NCBI GenBank assembly: GCA_964188305.1
Contig: OZ076886.1
Source of the DNA: Podarcis bocagei
Lineage: Eukaryota
Direction: 5' to 3' (one strand)
Length of the DNA stretch: 64,000 bases
In this document: piece by piece, positions 37,059 through 50,185 of the stretch
How positions within the stretch are numbered: the stretch's first letter is position 1
Layout: every line of letters starts with the position of its first letter
Translations under genes and position numbers: made by a program
The notes under the pieces: generated by a model
The model's database searches: none
Told to the model about the DNA's origin: nothing
What the model saw: only the letters and a program-made list of their open reading frames with translations

Positions 37059-39265
37059 CTCAATGTTTGGAAGTGTGGTGGGAAAATGTAATATTTGTTG
37101 TTAAAAGCAATCTTTGAACTAGAATGATAATGCTTCCACCCCCCCACCCCCCAAATAACAGCCACATCCTCTAGAAACTCAGGCCTTTTATGATCATATA
37201 CTTTCTGTTAATTCTGCCCCCCTCCCATAGTGATTCAAAATGTCTGCAGCATCCAAACACCCTAATTGTGACTTCTTTACTTCCCTCTTAAAGGACATCA
37301 TCTTCCAAAAATCTTGTGGAGGAACACATGTGCAAATATATCATTAACTGTAGAGCTACCTGCAACTAAACACTCTAATCTTTTAATGGGACATGAATGG
37401 AAGTGGACATATTAAAATCTGCAGAACTTCCTTCTGTTGAAATTTTACCTTTTTTGCCATGCACTATCATATATAATTTCTATTGCACCTCACATTGTGT
37501 TTAAAGTTTCTGTAACTTCATTTTTTTATGACCGAGATGTTCTGGGGAGCAGAGAGTGAATAGGCCATTTAATGAAATATTAATGTTGATAATTAACATT
37601 GGAGAGGCTTTGGGTGGTTTAAATTAGGTTTCATGTGATCAATGCTGTCACCTCAGCACAAATTTTATTGTCTTACTGTTTGGGTTTTTTTTTGTTTTTT
37701 GTTTTAACCTGGTGACATACCTCATCTATTAAAGTACAGTCTTAAGTCTTTCATTTTGCTACAGAAGGCAATGTGGCAAGGTGCTATCTATCAGCATAAT
37801 GCACCAGGGAGGGGGAAAAAAAGGTAATACTGTTCTGTCACTGCATTAAAGTTTCATGCACACAGGGGAAAACGATCTATTTTGCCTCACTTTTACCCTC
37901 TGCTTTGCTTTCAAGTTGATTTTAAAGTTAGAGAAGTATTTTGAGGTAAGATTAATTGTTTCAAACTTCTCTTAGCCTTGCCATACAAGAAAAGAAAGTA
38001 AGGAAATAAAAGAATGCAAAATTAATTCACATTTCCAACTCCTTCCTTAATGGAGTTTTAAGGTCCATTGCAAGGAATCAATCAATACAAGCTGAGAGCT
38101 CTGGCATGTGATGTGTTCTATAAAATGGGGACGAGGGCTGCGTGAAGCAGAATGAATGAACTGGAATTATTTCAGATTATAAAAGAAAAATGATTAAGCG
38201 ACCAGTGGTGGTAATTAAAAGCAGCATTTGAAAAAGCACAACACATGCACACAGACCTATCTGAAACCTTTTCTGCGGAAGACAGGCAAAAAATATTTTC
38301 ATGTCATGCATTTTGATGTGAAAAATAAAGGCCTTAAAAGGGCATTGAGAGCAACTTATTGTGGCCCAGCACATTTCATGCCATCAGTGCTCTTCTTTGG
38401 AAGGGATCTGACTTGATCTCTTCAATGTTCTTATATGCTGATGTAGAGCCTGACCAGATAACATGGTTTTCAATACACTTCTGCATTGGGTTCGTGTTTC
38501 CTTTGGAATACCGTATAGCAGAGACTGTGGTGTCTTGTAATCATGCTAGTTGTTTGTGCAAGGCAAGAAAGTTTGGTCAAGAGAGTCTGAAAAGAGCAGC
38601 ACATGGCTAGATCTGTAGCACTGGGATTGACCATCTTTGATTTCTCCACAGAGCAGTTATGCCAGTGTAGATTCCCTCCCCCTCCTCTCTCATGAGGGCT
38701 TAAAAAATGGAGCCAGGCATCAAAAAAAGTGGATGCTATTTCTCCCTATACTTTGCCCCCTATGCTGTATCTAAGTAGGAAAACAGATCTGGAAAATGGC
38801 TATTAGTGAGAAAAGCAGAAGGCCCCTTTCATCTGGTAGCCATCCAGTTTGATTGTGTGCCTGCTCACTCTGTTGTCCAGGTGCTTGTTGTTTGTGTGAC
38901 AACCTCAGGGCAGCAGTGCTCCCTTTGTATGGTACTTTGTATTTAAATCAGATGCAGCAGCCCTTCAAACAGAGGGCTCCTTTAAATAGAAGACTGACAG
39001 CTGTAGAGTAGGACATGTGACCACCCTAGAAGGGAGTGTGATCCACCACAATCCGCTATGGCAATAATAGGACGTCTTTAAGGGTCTGTGCAATCAAAAT
39101 TGCATGACGCAGTCATAAAGGGCAAGGGCAGCTTGTTACCTAAAAGCATCTACCTGGGGTTATAAAAATGGACCTAACTAGAGAACTCATTCAAACCCCA
39201 CCAGCTCTTCAATTCACTTTTTTGCCAGAAAAAACCCTCTTTTTTTTAAAAAATGGTGATTTTCA

Positions 39266-40070
39266 TTGCGTGACCAGGCAGCAACAGCCCCAGCCCCCAG
39301 GGATGATAAGGAAGGAATAAAGACTCTGACAATGTTATATGGAATTAAAATTAGGCCACAACTTTATTAAACTTCCGAATGTAGGAAGACCTTTGCTTAG
39401 GCCTTGGGCATGTATCCCTCCCAGCTCCCCAGCCGGGGGGAACTGGGGCTCATCAGGGTAAATGGGATATGGGGGTGCTCTGTGTGACGTAACTGTAGCA
39501 GGCAGCCGAGCCCATATCCCCACACGCAGGGTAGTTCACTGGCGACCTTTCAGTGTATGGCCAGTGACACCCATTTATGCAACCCCTTTAAGAGGGGACC
39601 CTGGAATCACCGCCGCAGGGGGGTGAGTCACCACATCATGCCCCCCCTCATTATAGGCAAGAAAAGACTAAAGGATTCCACCCAAGACCATAACCGCCAA
39701 AGTTGTGATGAATTGCTACGGAGAAGACAAAAACCTGCCAATGCAGGAAAATTTCTTCCTGGTCCTTCAACAGCAACCAGTCAAAGACCGCAGCAGCGCC
39801 CACTAAACAGGAAGAAAAAGTTGACCTGCAAACAAGAAAACATTAAACGTAGGAAGGGTGAATCTCCAGAGCCAACTGCCTGGATTCTGTTGGCTCTACC
39901 CCCTTATATATACGGGACTGGCCCCACCTCCCAGCAATGAAACTTGATTACTGAGGCTGGGCGTGAACCTCCAAAATTAACACTGAGAGGCAAGCCAGCC
40001 CCTGTTTGCCAGTAAGTTCCCTGGGAACTGTACCACCGCATGCAATCCCGCAAATGGCACCCGCAAAGAA
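39266..40070 (-). mobile_element. Solo terminal repeat of a DIRS/Ngaro-like (tyrosine-recombinase) retroelement
   Basis: Homologous to 45800-46689 in opposite orientation; aataaagttgtggcc motif; shared end gcctg..cacgcaa; no TG..CA ends or TSD; tatatataag box. Confidence 0.6.
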
Positions 40071-40115
40071 TGAGTGCTCATTCTTCTTATATTAATGCAT
40101 CCCATTAAACTAAAG

Positions 40116-40211
40116 AGATGCTGGTAGGGAACTCGTATTAGTGTGTGCTTATGCATCTTATATTATGCCGATGCATAAGCACACACTAATACGAGTTCCC
40201 TACCAGCATCT
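40116..40211. repeat. Perfect 42-bp inverted repeat with a 12-nt loop
   Basis: 40116-40157 is the reverse complement of 40170-40211. Confidence 0.97.
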
Positions 40212-41321
40212 TTTTAGATGGGCTTCCAAAGGAGACTATTATTCTCCAACTGGTGCTCTGGTTATTTTACAGAAGATTAATTGTACATCGTGTTTATGTA
40301 AATATGAGAGCTAAGGTTCCTCTACACCCTTATTCATAAATTAAAAACAACGCTTTCCAATGGTTAACGCTGTAAAAAGGAAATAGACCTTGACTCGAGT
40401 TAATGAGGCATTAGGGTTTGCCATAAGTATAATTTACTATAACTGCTTGAAGAGCCATCTATTCTTGTTTAGTCTGCTAAGCGACAATAAGTGAACCTAA
40501 AGTAAATCCCAGCAAACACTCATGGGTCACCTTACAGAATTTATGTACCATGATGCAACATTATCTGAAACAATGGTAAATTTTAGGGCTCGCATGAAAG
40601 TAGCACGAGCTGCTTGGTTTGATTTTTCCAGCTGTCTATAATGGCTGGTAATTAAAGGGCACCACTTTCAGAAATAATGACCTCCAGTTTAACTGTAGCT
40701 CTCTGGTGAAGTGTGCAAGGTTACCAGAGTGTTCACAGAGGATGCCAAATGAATCATGAAGCAGCAGTAACTTTCTTCCGGAGGACACACTGTTCAGCAA
40801 TATTTGAGCTCGGTTGGTACCGTGCAGAGCGGCTGCTGCTGCTACTGCTAAGATTGGCAGGGCATTTCAAAAGGAATGTTTTGCCTGGCACCATTGTTTC
40901 TAAAATTGCTTTATTACAACCACTTGCAATCCTTCAGCCAGTCCAACTTTTTTTCCTTGTTGTTGCATCAAACAAAGGTCATTGCATGTTAAGAAACAAC
41001 AACTCACTGGCAGGGTGTTTTTACATAGAGGAGCACTCACCAATGTAATTCCCATCTGCAGCCTGTAATTTTGTTTTCTGTTCTATTACCAAGATTCTGA
41101 TTTACCACCCTAATTTGGTTGTGTGATAGAGGGAGGAGATGAAGTTCCCATTTTAATAGTCCACCCCACCATGTTTTGTCTTTAAAAGCTTGGCAGGACA
41201 AGTGGGAAAACTTCTACCTGGTTCTGAACTTCTTCCTCTGCTCCCGAACTTCTGAATCGTGACACCTGAGCACTGTGTCTGCTGCAGAGCCTGTCCTTTA
41301 CTTGCCTGGATAAAGATCTGT

Positions 41322-41570
41322 AGAAGAAGAAGAGTTTGGATTTGATATCCCGCTTTATCACTACCCGAAGGAGCCTCAAAGCGGCTAACATTCTCCTTTC
41401 CCTTCCTCCCCCACAACAAACACTCTGTGAGGTGAGTGGGGCTGAGAGACTTCAGAGAAGTGTGACTGGCCCAAGGTCACCCAGCAGCTGCATGTGGAGG
41501 AGCGGAGACGCGAACCCGGTTCACCAGATTACGAGTCTACCGCTCTTAACCACTACACCACACTGGCTCT
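41322..41570 (-). mobile_element. Squam3-like SINE, full length
   Basis: Head agagccagtgtggtgtagtggttaagagcggtag...ggttcgcgtc; CORE body; (TTC)n tail. Confidence 0.87.
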
Positions 41571-44500
41571 TACTTACTTACAAGAGCCTCTGTCTGCATG
41601 TTTTGGACTGGAGACAGGACTCTTTCTTCTCAGCCTTCCCTGGATTTTGAGCAGCTGGATCTGAATACCAAACCTGGATTTTCAATTCCTGTTCTGTCCA
41701 GGTTAAAAAAAGAGACAGCTGGCAGCCCTGGCCATATGCCTAACATGAAGAGACAATTAAAGTTTTCTAGTGGTTGTTGGAGATTTAAAATCATAAAACT
41801 TGAGGTCTCTTTAGACACCATCTCTGTCGTCTTTCATCACCTGCTGAACATCTTCCTCTTTCAACAAACCTTTTAAGCCGAAATGCTTCCCAGTCTGCAA
41901 CAGTATTGGAATTGTATTAAATATATTTTTATTGTTTTGTCACTTGCTGCTTGTCACCCTTGGCTCCCTTTGGAGGAAGAGTGGTATATAAATGTAATAA
42001 AAATAAATAAAAAGTGTCCCCCCCCGAGAGTCCCATTGCATGGATACCCAACAAATTAAAGAATTTAAATTCAGAGACAATAAAGATGCTTAATTTAACA
42101 TTATAAATCCCAGCACAAAAGTGCCTTTGTGAGTTAGCCATACATTAAAATATAATAATAGAATGCCATGTTCTCCTCTTATCAAGTTGCTAAGTATATA
42201 AAATAGCTATTTTTACAGAAGTGAAGGTAATTAAGATGCAGAAACTGTTTGTTTTTTTCCAAAAGATTTTAAAATATCAGTTATGAATAATTGACGGGAC
42301 ACAGGGATATGAAATACATTTTCCATGCAAATTAACAGGCAAAAGCAGTAACTGAAACCTTAAATTCTCTGTATGAATGGGGGTGGGTGGGAATAGTTTT
42401 CCACAGCTTGAGAGAGTATTGGTTAGACAGCTGTTCTGACAGGTGAAGATAACATAAGCGAAAAGCTTGCAAGCTTTTCTTCCGAACAGATAAATGGTTT
42501 TCATTTAATAAGCAGACAGAGGATACCCAATTACGTCGTTTCCTGTTGAATTCCAGGTTGCTAAGTGGAAAAAAATCCATTTCAAGTGTATCATTTTGAA
42601 TAACTCCTTTTAAAAAAATTAGCAACAGGATTGCATTTGGTAGTCAGCATTCGTCTAAATGGCCATGGTGAGTCAGGGTTGCCATGGAGCAACATGTGAA
42701 ACAGTAGCTTCAGGGTGCAGGTTCCAGAGTGGACACAATTTCCTGCATCCAATATCCATCTCTGTATATCAGAGATGGAAAGAGAGAGCTCCAGGCAACA
42801 GCAAGGGTGTCATTTTAAATTTCCATTTCAAGGATAAAAATATGCAATGGCACACTGACTCCATGAGTTTGAAAACAGAAATGAAAGGAGTGCATATTGC
42901 ACAACCCTTACTAATGAGTTTCCGGCTGCTTAGTTCACAGCTACCTGTTGTGCAAATGTGATTTCTTTCCTCAAATGCGTTTTTTTACTTGGTGTTGTCC
43001 TAAGCACATTATTATTCGGAAGTAAGTGTTACTAAAATCAGTCGCTGCCACCTGAAGCAACTGTTTTCAGGACTGGTGAGGGCAATGCTTAAAGAAGAGC
43101 TATCATTTCTTTCATGCCAATGAGGATGTACACAGAGGCCTCATCCAGGCTGCCTTTTGTGCCACATTTCTAGGCACACGTCCATGCTTTAAAGCTCCAT
43201 GACCTAGCTGCACTTCCTCCACAAAATCCCACTCTTTATAGATGAATTGGAGCAAAGGGCATCTGTGGAAAACCTGAATTGCCATTTGTTCCGATTCAGC
43301 GTTAAAGAGCAGGTTTTCCTGGCGAAAGCGGTGGGACAAAAAACAAAATGTGCTGAGATGCAGAGGTTTAAAGCACAGACCTGTGTCTAGGAAATGCGGG
43401 GAAAAAGGGAAATGTGGATGAGCCCACAACTCTAGTAATTAAAGGGAAAGCCAATGTAGTACATGCAACAAAATCTAGGCAACCCCCAATCAGTGTGGGG
43501 GGTTACATTCCTGGTCATTGTGAGCTTCTGCGAAAAAGTATGCAATTGAAACACACTGCCCCCTCCACCCTGCCCCCGCCCTGCCCCCATTGTGCCCTTT
43601 TAGTGATGTCTTTTATTATGTTTTTGGGTCACTTCCAGGTTTGACACCATGTGCATGTACGCGATCACACACATATTGATCACACCTAAAATAGCCTGCA
43701 GATCTACTTCAAAGCTTTTTCTTCTGGAGAAGAGAATAATGAACAATGAATTCTGTGATGAAATGAAATGCTTGCAGTTAATTAGCTATTTGACCCTAAA
43801 CAATTGCAAGTTTTTGAAGAGCAGGGGCTGTATTTTTATGTGTCCATTCTGCCATTTTATGTGACTGCTGATGTTGACTTATGATTATTTTGGTTTGGTC
43901 TTATATATTGTTTATTGAGATTTTAAAATGTTTGAGGTACCCTTCCCTAGGGCTCTTGGGAGAAGGACAGGTTATGAATATTTGAAATTTAAAAATAAAA
44001 TAAAAAGGCAGCAATCCTGTACACCCTTCCCTAGGTGTAACTCAATTAGGCCATGCTTAGAACTTCATTGCAATCCACTGATTTCCCTGGTACTTCAGAA
44101 AATATAATGCTAAAATCATGTCCCTTGACTATACACTTGAATTTAAACTATGTTTCTTAGATTGGGGGTGGGGGTGGGACCTTTGTAGGCACAAGTGCTT
44201 TTATACCACTGATATAGTGGTGGGAATAATTCTTAAATGCAAAATATTTTAAGAGAACTTGGATTTCAGTGGCCATGTGACTAGCATCTGTGTATTACAA
44301 ATTTAGCTCTTCACATTTGCAGTGCTTGCAATTGGATTGGAAATTCACAATGTTAAGGTGTCGTTACTTCGAGACATATATGGTAATGCTGCAAACAGAA
44401 ATTCAATCCTCCAATTTTTCAGAGAGAGAACTGTTGCTCTTTGCACCTGAAAGTGCTAACTACAGTAAACAAAATCTTGAGGGGAAACAACAGCAGTGGT

Positions 44501-44584
44501 GGGGAATTTTTTTGATGGCAAATGGTACAGCAAAGAAAGAATAGGCACTTTCCTCAAATTCTACAATCCTGCTTAAGGGGGGGA

Positions 44585-44760
44585 AAAGGTAAAGGACCTC
44601 TGGACGGTTAAGTCCAGTCAAAGGCGACTATGGGGTTGTGGCGCTCATCTCACTTTCAGGCCGAGGGAGCCGGCGTTTGTCCACAGACAGCTTTCCGGGT
44701 CATGTGGCCAACATGACTAAACTGCTTCTGGCGCAAGAGAACACTGTGATGGAAGCCAGA
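44585..44760 (-). mobile_element. Sauria SINE 3' part
   Basis: aaaaggtaaaggacc tail; gcgctcatctc; ccgggtcatgtggcc..catgactaa. Confidence 0.82.
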
Positions 44761-45232
44761 GTACTTAAGATCAGGGCCATGATCTTTCCAGAAACAAGAA
44801 AGAGACTAGTACTAATCATGCTTTTAAAAAATAATGCTTACTGTAATTGTCTCTCACTGAAATATTCCCCATATATGCCTAGGAAGAGAGTCAAGAAACA
44901 AGCAAACCTAAATATAGCCCCTTTCATAGCCCCATTCATGGGGTTTAAAGGGGTAGTGGAAACACACCACCCTCGAGATTCCATAGGTCTCCATCCCACT
45001 ATCCATGTGGATTGATGTTTAAAAAACAGAAACCTACAAACAGAAACCTCTACATGAATAAACTTCCAAGGCAGCTATGATCCTGATTCCCATTCTCAAT
45101 TCTTTGCTGTTGGGGGCTGGGGAGTTGTAGGGTCAGTGGTCCAAAACTGCTGCCCCTTTAATCACATTGGACCGTCATGCTTTCAATGCACAAAAGAGCT
45201 GCTGTCCATATTTAATATGCACCTAAGGCAGA

Positions 45233-45571
45233 GGACGCAGGTGGCACTGTGGGTTAAACCACAGAGCCTAAGGCTTGCCGATTAGACGGTTGGCAGTTCG
45301 AATCCGCGTGACGGGGTGAGCTCCCATTGTTCGGTCCCTGCTTCTGCCAACCTAGCAGTTCGAAAGCACGTCAAAGTGCAAGTAGATAAATAGGTACCGC
45401 TCCGGCAGGAAGGTAAATGGCGTTTCTGTGCGCTGCTCTGGTTCGCCAGAAGAGGCTTAGTCATGCTAGCCACATGACCCGGAAGCTGTACCTCGGCCAA
45501 TAAAGCGAGATGAGCGCCGCAACCCCAGAGTCGGCCACGACTGGACCTAATGGTCAGGGGTCCCTTTACCT
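45233..45571 (+). mobile_element. Sauria SINE (Squam1/POM-like), full length
   Basis: Head ggacgcaggtggcactgtgggttaaacc...gttcgaatcc; body gcaagtagataaataggtacc; tail ccctttacct; TSD taaggcaga. Confidence 0.92.
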
Positions 45572-45799
45572 TAAGGCAGAGGAGAGTTTTATTTTTTAAT
45601 CCTAAACTAATTCATGCCCCCATTGTAAGCTGACCTGTGAGTTGGCTTGTTTTTTGTGTGGAAGCTGAACGAATGGTTAAAGAGTTGATTCCCCCTGCCC
45701 CACTACATCAGCCAGTAATGATCCCTATGCCCAGTGAAGTATGCAGACTACTATTTTCATCAACGTTCACTTGTGACGCAGATCACATCCAAAAAATGG

Positions 45800-46689
45800 A
45801 CAGGGTATGTGTGGAATGACCGCTCCCTGCTTAAAACGGGGGGCGCCCTTTGTGTGGACGCGCGCAGCCCTAGATCTGGAGCAGCCCCATCAGCATAGGC
45901 TTGGCTTTGCCTTCCCTCAGGTGGGATACCTGGAGGTCTCCGCCTACCTCAGTCAGATGTCCAATCCCACCTGGGGGAAGCGTTGCCAAGGAGACCAGGC
46001 CAGGTAGGGGAGGGATTACCTGCCCACACAATAGAGGGAGGATCTTACCTGGGAATCCTCACTTGGCTCCAGAGCTTCTCCCACCCTACCCACCCTCAGT
46101 TAAAGTCTTCTTTTGCAGGTTAACTTTTCTTCATAGGTTTTGCAGGTTAACTTATCTTCACAGGTATGCGGGCGCTGCTACGTTAAGGTCGCTGTTAAAG
46201 GGCCGGAAAGGAATTTCCCTGCATTGGCAGGTTTCGCCTTTCCCGTAGCAAAACGTCACAACTTTGCCGGTATCGAGCCTTGGGCGGAATCCTTTAGTCC
46301 ATCTTCCTCTTTGCGGCGGCGATACCAGGGTTCCCCGTTAAAGGGGTTTCTGAAGGGAGGCTTTGACCGTACGCCGAAAGGTCGTCATTGCTCTCCCCTG
46401 CGGCGGCGGCGTAACAGGAGCGGCTATCTCTGCTTGAACATATGTTCTCCAGAGCTGGCCCATTCCCCCCCCCACACACTGGATAACCCTGAAGCTCCCT
46501 AGGTCCCCGGCTGGGGACTGGGGAGGGAGAATGCCCAATGCCTGAGCCAAGGTATACCCACATTTGAAATTTAATAAAGTTGTGGCCAATTTAATCCCAT
46601 AGCACGTTGTCTTGACTCGTTATTCCACATGACGGGGGGGGGGGGGGACGGGACCGCTCGGGATCTGGGAACTCCGCCTGTCCACGCAA
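45800..46689 (+). mobile_element. Second DIRS/Ngaro-like terminal repeat
   Basis: Colinear similarity to the reverse complement of 39266-40070; aataaagttgtggcc at ~46573; left boundary approximate. Confidence 0.6.
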
Positions 46690-49089
46690 ACTGGTGCTGA
46701 TGTTTCTGCCCAAGATTTACAGTATAAACTCCTGTTCACATATTATCTCTAATGGCTGGATGCATTTTAATCTTTAAAAAATGCTAACACAATATGAACC
46801 TGCTATGGTTTTACAGCATCCTAACATCCCATTCCAAAACATATTCCTCAGTAGTGAGCCACAGTGATGTATAAATGCTCAGGAATTATTCTTTAGATTC
46901 ACAGCCTAATACCACAAGCCTATTCATCTTTTCATCGAAGTAACACATAGAAGTGTGTTCAATGGGTTCCCTAGTAACTGTGTTTAGGTTTGCAGTCTTA
47001 AGTTTCAAAAGCTTATCTGTGCCATTCACATCCCCCTCCCCCCCCCCAAATCTATCTTTCTAGCTTATTCACAGGGAATCTGATAGAATTTCAAGAAAAT
47101 AAATAGCTTTTCCTGAATGCATTTTCACACACACATATTCATATCTGAGATGAGGCTTAGAAAAATAGGATACTTGTCACAATGACCTTCATCGTCATTC
47201 TGAGAAAAAATGGTTTTTAAATGTTTGATTTAGACTTCTTAAGCTTAATATTTCTGAGAAGCGTAGATCCAAAACTACCCATGATACCATAAGATTAACT
47301 TGAGAATCAAATCTGATATCTTTGCTTAATTTGCTTGGGGAATAATCCCCAAGGAAACACATTGAACTGTGTCAGATTTATTTTTATCGATCATGGTTAT
47401 GTACAATTCATAAAACTAGATATTTAGTGCTTTCCCCACCCTTTCAGAGCACTTTGCAGAATATTAATTAACCGACAATATCACACACTTGACCACATTT
47501 CTCTGTGCTTTCATAAAGTCTTAACCTTATGGTAGCATGGAAGAGGAAAGAAAGAGAATATCCCTTCCAGATATGGTGTCCCTTTCAGGTATGGTCAATG
47601 TTCTTACCTATTGTCCAGCACCTGTGAATGAGCCACTGCCTTGCCACTGCCCCTCTTCCCCTTGGTAAGAAACAACAATGCGCTGCAATCAGAAGATAGG
47701 AGAGCCGCGCATCTCCACCCACACAACCCCACCCACAGCTACTGATAATCGTCACAATCATCAAACAATAAAACATCCTAGCATGCTAATAGGCCAGTAG
47801 CCTTTCCTTCTTTTGCAAATAGGACAACAACCTGCAGGCTGGCAGAGTAGGGACAAGGAAACACATCCTGCCTCTGTCAACCTGCACTTGCCTGCATGCA
47901 ATTCCTGATCACCTGAGGCCACCAGGTGAGCTTTTAAATATAACTTGAGTTGTTTTATTCAGAACATCCTGTTTACGATTTTGCTGATGCTGTCACTTTC
48001 TGGCAAGGAAAGGTAGCTTTCTAGATACAAGTAGGGTGCGTGGAAAAGCTAAGGGGCTGAGGTATGAAATTTCAAACTCCACAAAGCCCTTTGGGCTTTA
48101 CATTCTTGTAGCAGGAGTATCTAACAGAAAGCATCTTGCAGTACCTATCAGTGGGGTTTTTTTTAAAAGGCAATTGGGAGTAGTATTCCAATGTATATGC
48201 ACAGAATCCATGTCAAGAGGCTCTCAGAATTTCTAGTGTGTTCTTACCCTCCAGTGTATAATGATAGAATACTCAAATTTTAACTACAGCAATGATTTCT
48301 TTTTTAAAAAACCTCCACTATATATGTAATTTAACAAATCGCAGCAAGTCCATTGAAGGAATAAAGGATCAGTTGACTCTCTAGGCACAATGCTAGCAAA
48401 TTTATCACAGGACTCAGTCTGGGAACTGCAACTTACTGTTTGTTACAATGTACAATTATTGGCGCTGTGCTTAGAAATGCATTAATAGTAAATGGATATT
48501 TCTAAATATTCCACATGTCAAGTACAGTATTTCATTGTCCAGATGATAATGAAACCTCATGTAAAATTGCTTTACCTTTATTGTTAATAACAAGGTGACA
48601 TTTATGGAACTAATAAGCTGTGAAGCCCATTACAGTTTATTGTGGTATTTGAACACGAACCTTATAATGTATTCATTTACAGAAACTATTTGAGTCATTT
48701 AAATATCATTAAATGCTGAGCATAATTAAATAGTGTTTTCTCCTGTGATCTCAGGTGTGTAGAATAAAACTATTATTTCCTGAAGCTCAGTCACTTCAAA
48801 CATATACTTTTTGATTAAAGCTGTGCCATTATTCAGAGCAAACATGGTAGCATCAGTCTGTAAGAGGTCCATAGCCTCTATAGCAAGCAGTGAGACACAG
48901 AAATGCTTGAATTAAAAGTAAATCCACAAGCCCTGATAGTTTAAGCAGTACATTTGCATATGTTAGAACTTGGAATGTCTAAGACTCTAGGACTGGGGAA
49001 CCTTCAAGATTTTTCCTTGAACAAAATTGAGTTTTTGCTTCCAGCTGATAACCAGATAATCTACATTTCAGGATGAAACTTTGGCTTTT

Positions 49090-49220
49090 CATAAGAACAT
49101 GTGAAGACCTCTGCTGATCAGACCAAAGGCCCATCTAGTCAGCATTCTGTTCCCATTGTGGCCAGCTGGATGCCTTTGGGAAGCCAAAAGCAGGACCTGA
49201 ACCCAAAATTGCTCTTCCCA
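49090..49220 (-). mobile_element. CR1 3' end fragment
   Basis: cataagaacat...gatcagaccaaaggcccatctagtc. Confidence 0.7.
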
Positions 49221-49652
49221 TCTGTGTTTCCCAATTGCAATAGCCCTCTCCATAATGTGATGGTATTAAATGGCATAGTCCTTCCCATGTTTTTGCATTT
49301 TTCCACCCCTCCTCAGTGTCATTGCCTGTCTGCAGTTGGGGGGCGGGGATGGCAAGAAAACATGTAATATTGTGAAGAAAGATGGTGGAAGGGTCAAGAG
49401 ATGCAGAAGCCATTTTCAACAATAGCTGCAGTTTTGCTGACACATCTCTTCTACATTATATTATTCTTCCTCCAAAGAACTCAGAGGTCTTCTCACCCCC
49501 CAACCCCCCTTATGACACTCATACATTTGCTGACTCAGAAAATCTATACAACTTCCAGTCCATCAATCATTTTGAAAAGTATCCCTGATTTCTTTCACAT
49601 TCACAGTTCTAAATCCCCCCCTAAGGGTTATATAAAGAAGACATGGTGCATG

Positions 49653-50185
49653 CTAATAATAAATAATAAATAAATTTTATTTATACCCCGCTCTCCCTGG
49701 CCAAAGCCGGGCTCAGGGCGGCTAACACCAATAAAATCACAATAAAAACATAATAGAAAAAAAATAAAATAAAGCAATTTAAAATACAGGTTAAAATGCA
49801 ATTTGAAATGCAGCCTCTTTTTAAAAGTAGCCCTAGGTCAAAACCGTAAGGGGAAGGGAACATAAGGGTCAGAATGAGTCCAAACCCAAGGCCAGGTGGA
49901 ACAGCTCCGTCCCTGAGGAAAGAGATCAAGTCCCACAGGGCCCTAGTCTCGTGACAGTGTTCCACCAAGTCAGGGTCAGTACTGAAAAGGCCCTGGCCCT
50001 AGTTGGAACCAATCTAACCACCTTGTGACTTGGGACCTCCAAAGTGTTGTCATTTGTGGACCTTAAGGTCCTCTGCTGGGCATACCAGGAGAGGCGGTCC
50101 TGTAGGTATGTGGGTCCTAGGCCACATAGGGCTTTAAAGGTCAAAACCAGCACCTTAAACCTGACCTTGTACTCCACCGGGAGCA
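49653..50185 (-). mobile_element. L2 3' end
   Basis: LPVEYKVRFKVLVLTFKAL.GLGPTYL.DRL...TLRS...RAFSV...WWN followed by the 3' UTR and tail. Confidence 0.88.

Noticed and set aside
47608-47682. 75-bp minus-strand exon candidate
   Set aside because: Modest acceptor, no recognisable peptide, no partner exons.
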